Of a stretch of 61,757 nt of DNA, positions 51,040 through 60,700 are shown in pieces. Under the pieces are notes generated by a model that did no database searches, was not told the DNA's origin, and saw only the letters and a list, made by a program, of their open reading frames with translations. Made by a program: the position numbers and the translations under genes. Within the stretch, counting starts at the first letter, position 1. Each line of letters opens with the position of its first letter. The DNA comes from an uncultured Verrucomicrobiota bacterium (GTDB taxonomy: Bacteria; Verrucomicrobiota; Kiritimatiellia; CAIVKH01): the NCBI GenBank assembly GCA_964388845.1, contig CAYMCD010000001.1, positions 36,556 to 98,312 of the forward strand, written 5' to 3'.

Positions 51040-51948
51040 ATGGATGTGATTCATGGCCGGGAGGTGCGGGAGGCGCGTCATCGGGGTCTGCCGATGGTGG
51101 CGTTGGAGAGCACCTTGATCACGCACGGTTTGCCCCGCCCGATCAACCTGGAGATGGCGCGCCGTATGGAGCGGGTGGTGCGTGAGGGGGGCGCGGTTCC
51201 CGCCACCATCGCGATCCTGGCAGGAATGGTCCATGTCGGGCTGGAGCCGGAGCAATTGGAACAGCTCGCGGCAGCCGAAGGGGTACGAAAGTGCAGTCCG
51301 CGGGATTTGCCTCTGGCGCTCGCGCGCGGAGAGCATGGGGCCACCACTGTTGCCTCGACCATGTGTCTGGCGCACCGGTCCGGCATACGGGTCTTCGCCA
51401 CCGGCGGAATTGGCGGGGTGCATCGCGGACATCCGTTCGACGTGAGCGCCGATTTGGAGGAGATGGGCCGGACGCCGGTCACGGTCGTTTGCTCCGGCGC
51501 GAAAGCCATCCTCGACCTCCCGCTTACGGTCGAGGCGCTTGAAACGCGGGGTGTGCCCGTTATCGGGTACCAATGCGACGAGTTTCCGGCCTTCTATTCG
51601 CGATCGTCCGGGCTCCCGGTGGATGCGCGTTGCGATCGGCCGGAAGACATCGCTGAAATCATGCGGGCCCGCAATCGCCTGGAATTGAATGCAGGGCTCT
51701 TGGTCTGCGCGCCCGTCCCCCCCGATGCGGAGTTACCCGCGGCCGAACTGGAACCCGTGATTCAGCGCGCGCTGGACGAGGCGGAGGCGGCCGGCATCCG
51801 TGGGCGCGCGGTGACTCCCTTTCTGCTGGCGCGCGTGAGCCGGCACACCGATGCCCGCAGCCAGGCCGCGAATCTGGCGCTGCTGGAAAATAACGCGCGG
51901 CTGGCCGCCGCCATCGCATGCGCCTGCGGGCGCATGGGCATTCAGTGA
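51040..51948 (+). CDS. psuG: Pseudouridine-5'-phosphate glycosidase, 302 aa
   Basis: Strong collinearity with the YeiN/PsuG family: VALESTLITHGLPRP, GAVPATIAILAGMVHVGL, GATTVASTMCLAHRSGIRVFATGGIGGVHRG, DVSADLEEMGRTPVTVVCSGAKAILDL. Start chosen at M40 of ORF 50923..51948; 51001 is possible. Confidence 0.85.
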   Translation: MDVIHGREVREARHRGLPMVALESTLITHGLPRPINLEMARRMERVVREGGAVPATIAILAGMVHVGLEPEQLEQLAAAEGVRKCSPRDLPLALARGEHGATTVASTMCLAHRSGIRVFATGGIGGVHRGHPFDVSADLEEMGRTPVTVVCSGAKAILDLPLTVEALETRGVPVIGYQCDEFPAFYSRSSGLPVDARCDRPEDIAEIMRARNRLELNAGLLVCAPVPPDAELPAAELEPVIQRALDEAEAAGIRGRAVTPFLLARVSRHTDARSQAANLALLENNARLAAAIACACGRMGIQ

Positions 51949-53051
51949 AGAAAGAGCCCGAGCCAGTTTTCGCCGGCGGCGCCCATTTCCCATCGGCCAT
52001 CTCGCTTCACGACAAGGCGGCGCCCGTTGCGTCCGATTTCCATCTCGTCCACCCGGTGGACTGCCGCGCGCGAGGGGCCCAGGGCGGCGGATTCCCCTTC
52101 GCCGGCCGGACGCCCCGACAGGGCGACGCCGCCTTCGGAAATGGAAATTACGGCGACACCTGAAAATCGGGAATCGCCCTGCCAGAGCGACGGATACCGC
52201 GCGAAAAAATCGGGGAGCCGCTGCACGCGAACAAGAATTTCAGCCGCAACGGGGACGCGGCGCAGGTGGTCCAGCAGGCTGATTTGCCCCCCGGCTGCGT
52301 CGTGGTCGCGATAGATCAGAACCGGATTCAATCCCCACAGGTTCTGGCCGTTGAATTTGCCGCCGGGCGTGTGCTTCTTGGGGAGGCCCGGCCAGGAAAG
52401 GAACCGCTCGTTCGCAATCAAGCCCACTTCGAAATGCAGGTGAGCCCGGCTCATCGGAATCGGCTCCAGCGCGGTGTTCCCCATGCGTCCGATCCGCGCG
52501 CCGGCCTCGATGGGCCGGCCCGCCCGCAAACCCGCGTCCGCCTCCGCGAGATGGGCGTACAGCGTGTAGAACGTGCCGACGGGATCCTCGTGCAGGAGGA
52601 CCACATAGATTCCGTAGTCCGAATTGCCTGCGGTCCGGCTCACCATGGCCACGCGGCCGCGAAGCGCCGCGCACACGTCGTCCATCGGGCGCCCGCGCCG
52701 GTCGCGCTCAATCGCCGCGATATCCAGGCCTTCGTGGAAACGTGGCAGAATCAATTTCCCGTATCGGCCGAGCCGGACGGAGCCGTAGGAGCCTGAGTCC
52801 GGATTGCCGGAGGCCGTGGGTTGGAAGACGCCGGCGGAATTGGTTCCGGCCAGCCCGGTCTGGCGCGTCGGGAAGGAGAGGGTCTGCAGGTCGGAGACCG
52901 GCGCCATCAGCGCGCCTTCCGGTTGCGGAGGGGGAATGACGACTTGCCGCGCGTCGCGCTCGCCGCACCCACAGGCCGAAAGAAGAAACACGGCCACCAG
53001 CATATTCCGGCCGCGTCGCTGCGCGGAGGACGACACCACGCGGCGGCCCAT
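51942..53051 (-). CDS. M23 family metallopeptidase lipoprotein, 369 aa
   Basis: Lipobox LLSAC in the N-terminal signal. M23 motifs: FHEGLDIAA (HxxxD), YTLYAHL and AHLHFEV (HxH). TGATG junction with the upstream OMP gene. Confidence 0.85.
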   Translation of the reverse strand: MGRRVVSSSAQRRGRNMLVAVFLLSACGCGERDARQVVIPPPQPEGALMAPVSDLQTLSFPTRQTGLAGTNSAGVFQPTASGNPDSGSYGSVRLGRYGKLILPRFHEGLDIAAIERDRRGRPMDDVCAALRGRVAMVSRTAGNSDYGIYVVLLHEDPVGTFYTLYAHLAEADAGLRAGRPIEAGARIGRMGNTALEPIPMSRAHLHFEVGLIANERFLSWPGLPKKHTPGGKFNGQNLWGLNPVLIYRDHDAAGGQISLLDHLRRVPVAAEILVRVQRLPDFFARYPSLWQGDSRFSGVAVISISEGGVALSGRPAGEGESAALGPSRAAVHRVDEMEIGRNGRRLVVKRDGRWEMGAAGENWLGLFLH

Positions 53052-53800
53052 CAGAAGACCAATCCCGCTTCGATATAGGGGCCCTTAAATTGAAGGTCGG
53101 CCTCGATGGGCAGCCCGCCATCCTTGGCGTCCATGGAAACCTGGCGATATCCGATGCCGACCAGGAAAGGGCTGATCGTGACGCGAAGGGCCGCCGTGGC
53201 ATCCCAGAACGCGATGTCGGTGTCGTCCCAATCCCATACGCCGCCGATCAGCCCCGCATCTATACGGATATACGAAGTCGGATCAATCCGGAGGTTGACC
53301 CCGACCACGGGTGCCGTTGCGCTGGCGTCGCCGGCGCCGGATCCGGATCGGAACGACTTGACCGCGGCCTCCATGGTGACCTGTTGGATGCCCGCCAAGA
53401 AGCCGGCGCGGAAACCTTGTGAACCGCCCTGTTGGCGGTACGCCAGGCGGAACAACTTCGCATCCAATTCTCCGCGGACTTGCGCGGCCGGCGAAAAGGA
53501 AGTTCCGCCGAACGCGATCGGCCTGTCGAAACGGCTTTTGGCCGAAAGTTCGGCGTCGAGGTAGGACAAGACAATCTCACTGCCGGCGCCGAGCGTCAGG
53601 TCGAATCCCAGCACATTCTCTTCGGTTTGGAATCCCAGGTCGCGTCCCAGGTTGATGCGTGTTCCGGCCCTTCCGTCCCGCCCGACCGAAAGGCTTCCGG
53701 ACGGTTTCATCTCCCAGTAAGAAGCCCCCAGGTGGAGGCCCTCGCCCCGGGCCGATATACAGGCGATGGCGAACAGACCGGCCAGGATAAAGTCGCGCAT
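53051..53800 (-). CDS. Small outer-membrane beta-barrel protein, 249 aa
   Basis: ORF 53051..54250 trimmed to the ATG at 53800 (MRDFILAGLFAIACISARG, signal peptide). Alternating amphipathic beta-strands and a terminal aromatic residue (YIEAGLVF). Confidence 0.7.
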   Translation of the reverse strand: MRDFILAGLFAIACISARGEGLHLGASYWEMKPSGSLSVGRDGRAGTRINLGRDLGFQTEENVLGFDLTLGAGSEIVLSYLDAELSAKSRFDRPIAFGGTSFSPAAQVRGELDAKLFRLAYRQQGGSQGFRAGFLAGIQQVTMEAAVKSFRSGSGAGDASATAPVVGVNLRIDPTSYIRIDAGLIGGVWDWDDTDIAFWDATAALRVTISPFLVGIGYRQVSMDAKDGGLPIEADLQFKGPYIEAGLVF

Positions 53801-53998
53801 GGACAGCTTGTATAGGGCGATTAAAGCCAGCGTCAATCGCCAAGTGCCTCTACGGCCTCGCCCGGTGGAGCCGTCGGCTCGAGGCGAGAACCTATCCCAA
53901 ATCCGCTTGGCCTCCGGCGGGCTTGACCCGCCGGTGGCAACGTTCGCGGCGCTGCTGCGCAGCAACCCAACTGGGGAGAGACGGCGCGCGCCCGCAAG

Positions 53999-54049
53999 AC
54001 TTCCAACGCCTGGAAAATGGCATCCCGGACACTTCCAACGCCTGGAAAA
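53999..54049. repeat. Two direct copies of a 19-nt hairpin unit ACTTCCAACGCCTGGAAAA
   Basis: Identical copies at 53999-54017 and 54031-54049. Each contains the TTCCA/TGGAA stem with a 5-nt loop. Confidence 0.7.
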
Positions 54050-54380
54050 ATCGCCGACCGCGCGCGGGGAAGGCCCGGCAACGGCCCTTTCGGGGCGAGG
54101 GAGTACGCTGGGCGCGGCCTGGTCAACCGGCGCTTGCACGGCCCGTGCAAGCGCATTGCATCGGCCTTGCCGATCCAAGGCGAGCGCCGCGCGGCGGGGC
54201 GGCGCGCCAGCCGCCGACGGCCCGCGCCGCCTGCCCGAATGCCAAAGCAACCCGAATCAGCCCGCAGAATCCCGAAGTACGCGGGAGATGGCGGGAAGAT
54301 GCGGAAGAATCCGAAAGCACCGGCACTTGCACAACGTCGGCGAATCACCCGGCACTTTGTCGGCGCTGTTGTATGTATTG

Positions 54381-54410
54381 TTGTAAACCAGACCTTTCAG
54401 CTTTCATAAC
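54381..54410 (+). promoter_or_regulatory. Candidate promoter in an isolated AT-rich islet inside the ORF-poor region
   Basis: TTGTAA (54381-54386), an 18-nt spacer, then CATAAC (54405-54410). The surrounding ~60 nt are the only AT-rich patch in the 1.9-kb region. Confidence 0.2.
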
Positions 54411-55708
54411 ACCTTGCAAATCAAGGTGGTGGAGCCACTACCGCGTAGCTCGAACCTATTTCGCCAAGAAGCTAGGCGGTGAAGTCCGGTAACGCAATCA
54501 CCCAATGCCTGGGCCGGGCGTACCTCGCGGCGCTGGCGCGCCGCTCGGAGTACCGCAAGAACCGCGCCGCCGGAGGCGTCACGGTTCTTGCTGCCCCCGG
54601 CTCGTCGCTGCTGCTCCTCGCCCCCACGCAAGGCGCGACGACGCGCCTTGCTACAGACTCCGCGCCCGGCTGGACGCCGGGCTTGGCAAGGTGCGGCGCT
54701 GGGCCGCGCCGCTCATGCTCGGCACGCTGGCCGCGTGCCTGCGCTTCCGCCGCCCGCGTGGGCGCGGTCGTCGGTCGCCCCTCCTGAACGTCGGGGCGAG
54801 GCTGGCTGCCGGATCGCCGGTTGACACCGTCGAGGCGGCTGACGCCGCCCGGTTCGGCCCGCCCGTCTTCCCTTTCCTCTTGGGGGGCGCGCGCATTCGG
54901 AAGGAGCTGCGGATTGACGGGCCGACCTCACCGTAAGACATGCCGCCTGCGGCGGCAGCAGCCAGCCAAGAGAAGAACGCAAGCTGCGCGGTCTGGACGA
55001 CCGCACCGCTTGCTACGTGCGCCGCTTTGCTCCGGCTGAACGCCGGAGCTTGTCGCGGCTTGGCCGCTGTCGCGTCATTCCGTGTACCAAAACGGGCCAC
55101 GGTTGCCCCTTTCACCACGCGCATTGTGTTATGCGGTCTCGCCGCTTTTCGTGCTGCCGGTTCTTGCGCCTGCATTCGCTCACGCGGGCTTCCCGGCTCG
55201 ACAAGCTCGCCGCCGCGCCCGCACCGCTCATTCCGGCGCAAGCCCCGTCACACCAAAATCGGCTGCGTCGAATTCCAGGCCGCGGACTCAAATCGCCCCG
55301 GCTGTCGTCGCTACGCGCCTCACCGGGGCCATTTTCGGCGCGGCCTATTCAACCCCGGCGCGTTCTTTGGCGGCGTCCCCCACGCCGCACGCGCCGACCG
55401 CTGCGGCTGCGCCCCGCCGAAGCCGCCGGGGCTTGTCCTCGCTGGGGGCACCCGCAAAATGCGGGGGCCGCGGATTCGTACGAAACCCAAGACGAAGCGG
55501 CTCTTATGGGTTTGTGCAAAAAGCTTCGCTTTCCTGCACAAACCGAGAGCCGTCATTATACCGCGACGGCACCCCGGCAAGGACACTTCGCCCCGAAACC
55601 GGGGCGATCCTCCTTGCCTGGGACCCCGCCGTCGCAGTGAGTATTTTGCTCGGGCAGTAGAAACCGCGACACTCCTCAAGCATCAGACTCAATCACCATT
55701 GAAATCCG

Positions 55709-55939
55709 CTATTGCTCGGGAAGCAGCGCTTTCCACGGGCAATTCAGGGCCTTCTGAATACGGATCATCGTGGTTATCAGTATATTGATCTTGCCCGCCT
55801 CAATCTTCTGAATCGTCCGCAGGTTCAGCTCGGTTTTTTCCGCAAGTTTTTCCTGCGTGGTCGAACAGGCCATGCGTTCGCGCCGGATACTGGCACCCAG
55901 AAGTTTCAGCAACTCGCGATTTGGTGAATCCAATGACAC
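55709..55939 (-). CDS. XRE-family helix-turn-helix transcriptional regulator, 76 aa
   Basis: GTG start. IRRERMACSTTQEKLAEKTELNLRTIQKIEAGKINILITTMIRIQKAL is a classic Cro/C1-type HTH. It is divergent from the downstream plus-strand block. Confidence 0.8.
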   Translation of the reverse strand: MSLDSPNRELLKLLGASIRRERMACSTTQEKLAEKTELNLRTIQKIEAGKINILITTMIRIQKALNCPWKALLPEQ

Positions 55940-55948
55940 GCCTCATTA

Positions 55949-55993
55949 GGGCGTAATCTGCTCTTGACCGGTACGGCCCAATGGGGCGTAATC
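55949..55993. promoter_or_regulatory. 10-bp direct repeat pair in the XRE/OMP divergent spacer (candidate operator)
   Basis: GGGCGTAATC at 55949-55958 and 55984-55993, a 35-bp spacing, immediately upstream of the XRE start. Confidence 0.3.
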
Positions 55994-56133
55994 GTGCGAT
56001 GAATCACCGGTGCTCACAATTCAACACAGACGCAAGTATCCCCTCTGATTCGATACCGATACCGAGCGGTGGCACATCACAATCCGCCATTCATTTGAAA
56101 GACAAACCGCAAACAACAAGAAAAGGAAGATCC

Positions 56134-56778
56134 ATGAAGAAAGTTCATTCGTCATTGATGATGCTTGCTGCTGTCGTGAGCATCTCTTCGGTCCACTGCT
56201 ACGGTGAGAGCCTGCGGAACACTGACTACATCAGCGTCGAAGCTGGGGCATTCACCTACGGTGACAAGGTCATGGACGACATATTCGGAACCCATATCGA
56301 TCTCTTTGGTTCGGTAAACAAGAGGCTCAATCAAAACGTCGCCGCACTCGGCAAACTTGAAGGCATCTACGGAGAAGGTTCCAGTGCCGGGATTGACCTA
56401 ACCCATTACGGACTCAAAGGCGGACTCAGCCTCGTCTACTTGGTCTCACCAGAAAAAAGTGCAGCCGATCCATATATTCTGGCCGGTGGCTTGGTTGAGT
56501 ATAACAAGGTCGAAGGCTCGGCCGGTGGCGAATCAGCTAGCAAGGATGAAACGGAAGTTGGATTTGAAATCGGCGGCGGCATCGAGTTTGACTTAGGGTC
56601 AAAGACCTTTGGCGACGTGGGGCTGCTCTATCAGAACATTGGGGAATTTGACTCACTCACGCCAAACGCCAGGCTCGGCTATGCGTTCAGCGAAAAACTT
56701 ACCGGTCTCCTTACGGTAGGCTATGCGCTTGACGAAGAGGACTACTGGCTCCGGCTCGGGCTCGGCGTGAAACTGTAA
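56134..56778 (+). CDS. Small outer-membrane beta-barrel protein (OmpW/OmpA-barrel-like), 214 aa
   Basis: ATG at 56134 after AAGGAAG. Signal peptide MKKVHSSLMMLAAVVSISSVHC, alternating strands, and the C-terminus WLRLGLGVKL. Confidence 0.7.
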   Translation: MKKVHSSLMMLAAVVSISSVHCYGESLRNTDYISVEAGAFTYGDKVMDDIFGTHIDLFGSVNKRLNQNVAALGKLEGIYGEGSSAGIDLTHYGLKGGLSLVYLVSPEKSAADPYILAGGLVEYNKVEGSAGGESASKDETEVGFEIGGGIEFDLGSKTFGDVGLLYQNIGEFDSLTPNARLGYAFSEKLTGLLTVGYALDEEDYWLRLGLGVKL

Positions 56779-56800
56779 ACCGGACACCAATAGGAACCAT

Positions 56801-57217
56801 ATGAACGTCTCTGCATCACAAGTCTCGTGGTTGTCGCGCATGGCGCTTCTCGCCGCATTTATGTGTGTTTGCCTAACCGTCGGCTGCGAACAAGACAACG
56901 CGGATTCCGGTGGCAATGGCGGGGGAGGCGGAGGCGGTGAAATCACACTGGCTGACTATAACGCCATCACGGCTCATATGACATATGACGCCGTTATTGG
57001 AATACTTGGGCGTAAGGCAGACCAAGACATAGCCATGCCTGGCACTGGGTCACTTTACGTTCCGGAAAATGATCGTACATGGCGCAACTCTGACGGCTCG
57101 TACATCATCGTGTTCTTCGACGCGCGGAACGACAGCGTATTTGAGAAACAATGTGCGGGGCTTAAGGATGCATCCGGCGCACAGGTGTTCCTAGTTGATA
57201 GCTTCTATTCGCCATAG
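56801..57217 (+). CDS. Lipoprotein, 138 aa, Gly-rich linker + small alpha/beta domain
   Basis: Lipobox LTVGC, a GGNGGGGGGG linker, then ITLADYNAITAHMTYDAVIGILG..., reminiscent of BamE/BLIP-like small lipoprotein domains (weak). Confidence 0.6.
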   Translation: MNVSASQVSWLSRMALLAAFMCVCLTVGCEQDNADSGGNGGGGGGGEITLADYNAITAHMTYDAVIGILGRKADQDIAMPGTGSLYVPENDRTWRNSDGSYIIVFFDARNDSVFEKQCAGLKDASGAQVFLVDSFYSP

Positions 57218-57251
57218 TGCGCAACGGTGCCAGAGACAAAGGGGATACAGC

Positions 57252-57608
57252 ATGAAAATGAAACTTTTGCAAATTGGTCTCGTGATATCCATGTGCGCAG
57301 GGTGCACTGCGCCCACAGTGATGGTAACCGGCAGGACATTTCCGGCAACGAAACCCGAAGATGTGAAGATATTTCAAGCCGACAAACCCACGGCCCCATA
57401 CGAGGAGGTCGGGCGAGTGTCGGTCACGAAATGGAACAGCAGCGCTTTCGTTCCACTCGTTGGAATGGCCACCGGAAACCGCTCGGGAACAGATGTTAGC
57501 AACTTGCTCAAGCAGAAAGCCTCCGAATTGGGCGGTGATGCCGTCATCAGCATCTCAGAGGATCTCGGGGGGTTCTCCGGGGTTGTAATCAAGTTCACCA
57601 CAAAATAG
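57252..57608 (+). CDS. Lipoprotein, 118 aa, unknown function
   Basis: ATG at 57252 after AAAGGGGA. MKMKLLQIGLVISMCAGC carries a lipobox. The C-terminal ASELGGDAVISI-type motif is seen in small YbjQ/DUF4156-like lipoproteins (weak). Confidence 0.6.
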   Translation: MKMKLLQIGLVISMCAGCTAPTVMVTGRTFPATKPEDVKIFQADKPTAPYEEVGRVSVTKWNSSAFVPLVGMATGNRSGTDVSNLLKQKASELGGDAVISISEDLGGFSGVVIKFTTK

Positions 57609-57750
57609 CCCTGCCCGTCCAAAGCTGCGCCTATCCCAAGGATCTCAAAATAGCGAAACAGAATTCTCACCAAAGCTCGAATGACCTTGGCGGCGGCAAG
57701 CGTGCGGCATAAACTGCGGCACGATGACCGCTTTCCTTAAGGGAGGTAGC

Positions 57751-60700
57751 ATGAAGAAGGTTACGCGTTCTCTGCTCATCACCTGGTCTTGTCTTGCCGT
57801 TGCTGCGCCGACAAGAGCCGCGAACGAGACCGCCACTTGGTCTGAACTGGTAGGACATTACCAAGGCTGGCGCGGGGTTTACTCGATCATGGTCCCGCCG
57901 CTCACGGCGTCTCTCTCCGAAATTGAAAAGGGCATTGCGTCCGGCAGCTACGCATTCACAACCCAATCAGGCTACTACTGGGATTTGACGGGCGGAGATT
58001 TCTATGTTGATCCGGCGTGCGAGATTGCCGAGACCGTGGCGGACGGCACCTGGGTTTACATGATCGAAGACCTTGCCACAGCGAAGGTCTACGTCATGCA
58101 GGACGGGCACGCTTCTGCTCTCGCCACGTTTGCAGCCGAGCCATGGCCGGTCTACGACCCGAACACATACGAAGTGACGCTGCTGGACCAACTCGCCAAG
58201 CGCCGCGTGGTGTGGTGGTTGAAAGTGCGCGTGGTCGCGGATTCGGAACCCCAGGCGATAGCAACGAGCACCGCGACTACTTCCGCCCTTGCCACCGACG
58301 AAGATGAAGGCGGAGGCTTTGCCATGATGATGGGCGAAGGAGACGGGACCAACTGCCCCTGCATGCTCGACCTCGACGGCGACGGCGTTCCCAATTGGGA
58401 AGAGACCATCGCGGGCACCGATCCGAACGACCCGGACAGCTACTTTGCGCTTACGGCCTTCGCGCTCACCAACGACGCCGGGCTTGTCTACACGTGGTAC
58501 GGCGTGACCAACCGCGAGTACGCCGTGCAGACCGGACCTACCGGCGGCTATGCGAACGCGTACGCGTTCAGCAACGTGACTTCGTGGCTCTTGGGCAATA
58601 ATGCCGAGCTTTTCCAATCGGACACCACCACCGGCACAAATCAGGACTTCGCCGCGTCGCGGCTGTTGGTCCGCGAGCGAGACAGCAACACGAACGGGAC
58701 TCCCGATTGGTGGGAGCTTCAGCACTACGGGACGTTGACGAACATCGCGGCCAATGCCGACCCGGACGGGGACGGCTTGGAAAATCAGGAGGAATACTAT
58801 TTCGGGTACAGCCCGACCAATTCAGACCGCGCGGCCTACCACAGCATTTTTCACCGTGTGACTGTCAACGACAATGACCCGGCGGGCGAGGATGACGACA
58901 CCGAGCTTTTCGATTTCCACGGAGGCGGACGGACACTTTCCCTGGCCAGCAATGCCGCCCCCAACGGCTTCGGGTCAATTGAGGGCGAGGGGAAATTCAG
59001 CACAGGCATTTACTTCAACAACGACATGACAAATCTGTATATCGGCATTTCCGGTGTCCGGCTGGAAGGCGACAATGGGTTTTTCCTGTTCCTTGACACA
59101 GACAGCGGAGGGGTAACGAACCTTCGCCATTTGAGTCAGACGGCCCAGCCTTTTGGAATCACACAATTCCGCAACCTGAATTTTGACGCGACAAATTTCA
59201 CGCCCAATGTCGGGTTGATCCTCGGCGGGCGCTATGCTGACGGACACAATTTCGACAGCTACAACTTCGGCAACAATGATTTCGGGCAGGGCGTGTACCG
59301 GTTGAGCGACGGCGCGGATTTCCCCGGCTTCTCTGACTCCGGCCCGTCGAAGATTTCCCAATGGGCGCGTGGGTACAACGGCGACTCCGTCAGCGCCCAG
59401 GCGGGCATCGAAATCGCGATTGCCCTGTCAGACCTGAACATCATTCCGGGCAGCACGATCAAGGTTGCCGCGTTGTTTGCGGGCGGTACCAACTCGGCTA
59501 ACGAACGTTATGCATCTGGCGAGGTGTACGGCAAGAAGGTGTCCGGAACGCTCTCGGGCGACAACTACGGCACGGCCTCAATGACCGTGCTTGGCTCCGA
59601 CGTGATCTTGACCGGACCGGAGAACGGATTGCGCTACTGTTCCTATCCGAAGCCCGACCCTGATGCCGTTATTTTCCAGGCATTCTATTGGAATGTTGAT
59701 CCGCCTGGCACGTGGTGGACAAACCTTGCGGGCAAGGTTCCCGAACTTGCGCAGGCAGGCTTTACCCATTTTTGGCTTCCGCCCCCCTATAAGTCAGCCA
59801 ATGCAGGATTTTCAGTCGGGTACGATCCCTTCGACCACTATGATTTAGGAGAATTCTTTCAGAAGGGGTCCACCCCGACTCGATACGGAGCCAAGTCAAA
59901 CCTGACCATCCTTGTCTCATCGTTGCTGGCAACCGGAATCACGCCAATTTGTGACATCATTTTGAACCACATGGCAGGGGGAACAGGCGCGGCACACAAG
60001 GTGTATAACTACCCGCACGACACATTCGAGAAGTCTGCCACGGACTTCCATCCTTCATCTGAGGGCCACAACGACGAGATGAAGCCCTATCATGACAACT
60101 GGAGTTTCGGCACCTATCCGCCGCTTGACATTGTTGGCCTCGACACGGCCTTCCTCGCCCCGAACATGCGGCTTGGATTCAAGCGGTGGGGAAGCTGGCT
60201 GGTGAACAGCAACAATATCCCCGCCTTCCGTTTCGATTTCACCGAAGCAGTCGAACCTTGGGTCATTTGGGAATGGATGAACTATCCGGCCATGCGCCAG
60301 CGGTTCGCCTTCATGGAGTATTGGAAGAATGCGGACGGAAAACAGATGCAGGAATGGTTGGAACTGACCGGGCATAGCGCCGCGATTTATGACTGGCACC
60401 TTCAGACCAACTTGGAAGCCATGTGCGAACAGACCGGCAGTTTTGACATGAACCTCCTGAAATCGCCCAGCCTTCTCGGGCTGGAACCCGATTACACGGT
60501 GACGTTTGTCGAGAACCACGACACGCTACAGCCAGACGGCACAAACACCCAGGTGAAGAACCAAGGCGTCGCGCGTCAGAAGGAATTGGGCTACGCATAT
60601 GTCATGCATTCTGAGGGCTATCCACTCGTTTTCTACCGCGATTACTATCTCGCGCCGTACTTCAACGTTACCAACGACACGCATTTCGGGACGCCGCTCA

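Larger units (their letters stand above)
53801..55708. other. ~1.9-kb ORF-poor, very GC-rich region dense in perfect hairpins (non-coding or decayed coding)
   Basis: Only overlapping Arg/Pro/Ala-rich junk ORFs appear in all frames. Perfect stems: 53914-53934 (8 bp), 54131-54153 (10 bp), 54556-54590 (9 bp), 54628-54651 (10 bp), 54664-54682, 54693-54712, 54721-54739 (7 bp each), 55509-55544 (10 bp) and 55589-55606 (7 bp). Confidence 0.6.

Noticed and set aside
322-54250. N-terminal extensions in the longest-ORF track (322..1614, 2495..4738, 4036..5043, 8543..10219, 13845..15224, 20578..22257, 25074..26114, 49419..50810, 50923..51948, 53051..54250).
   Set aside because: The extensions overlap the preceding gene in another frame and are Arg/Pro-rich. 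Internal ATG/GTG codons give canonical N-termini, signal peptides or 4-nt ATGA/GTGA coupling. Features were trimmed accordingly.
54478-54495. GGTGAAGTCCGGTAACGC resembles the RNase P RNA P4 region (GAGGAAAGUCCGG ... GGUAACGC).
   Set aside because: The other universally conserved RNase P elements (e.g. ACAGAAnCCGGCUUA, the P1/P2 pairing context) are not present nearby. The resemblance is limited to ~12 nt.
54691-54936. A possible 81-aa ORF with a lipoprotein-like start (VRRWAAPLMLGTLAAC) and high GC3 inside the ORF-poor region.
   Set aside because: It has a GTG start without an RBS. The sequence after the Cys is RFRRPRGRGRRS (not lipoprotein-like), and the hydrophobic stretch coincides with the GC hairpins. 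It may be a remnant of decayed coding sequence, so it is kept only as a note within the region finding.
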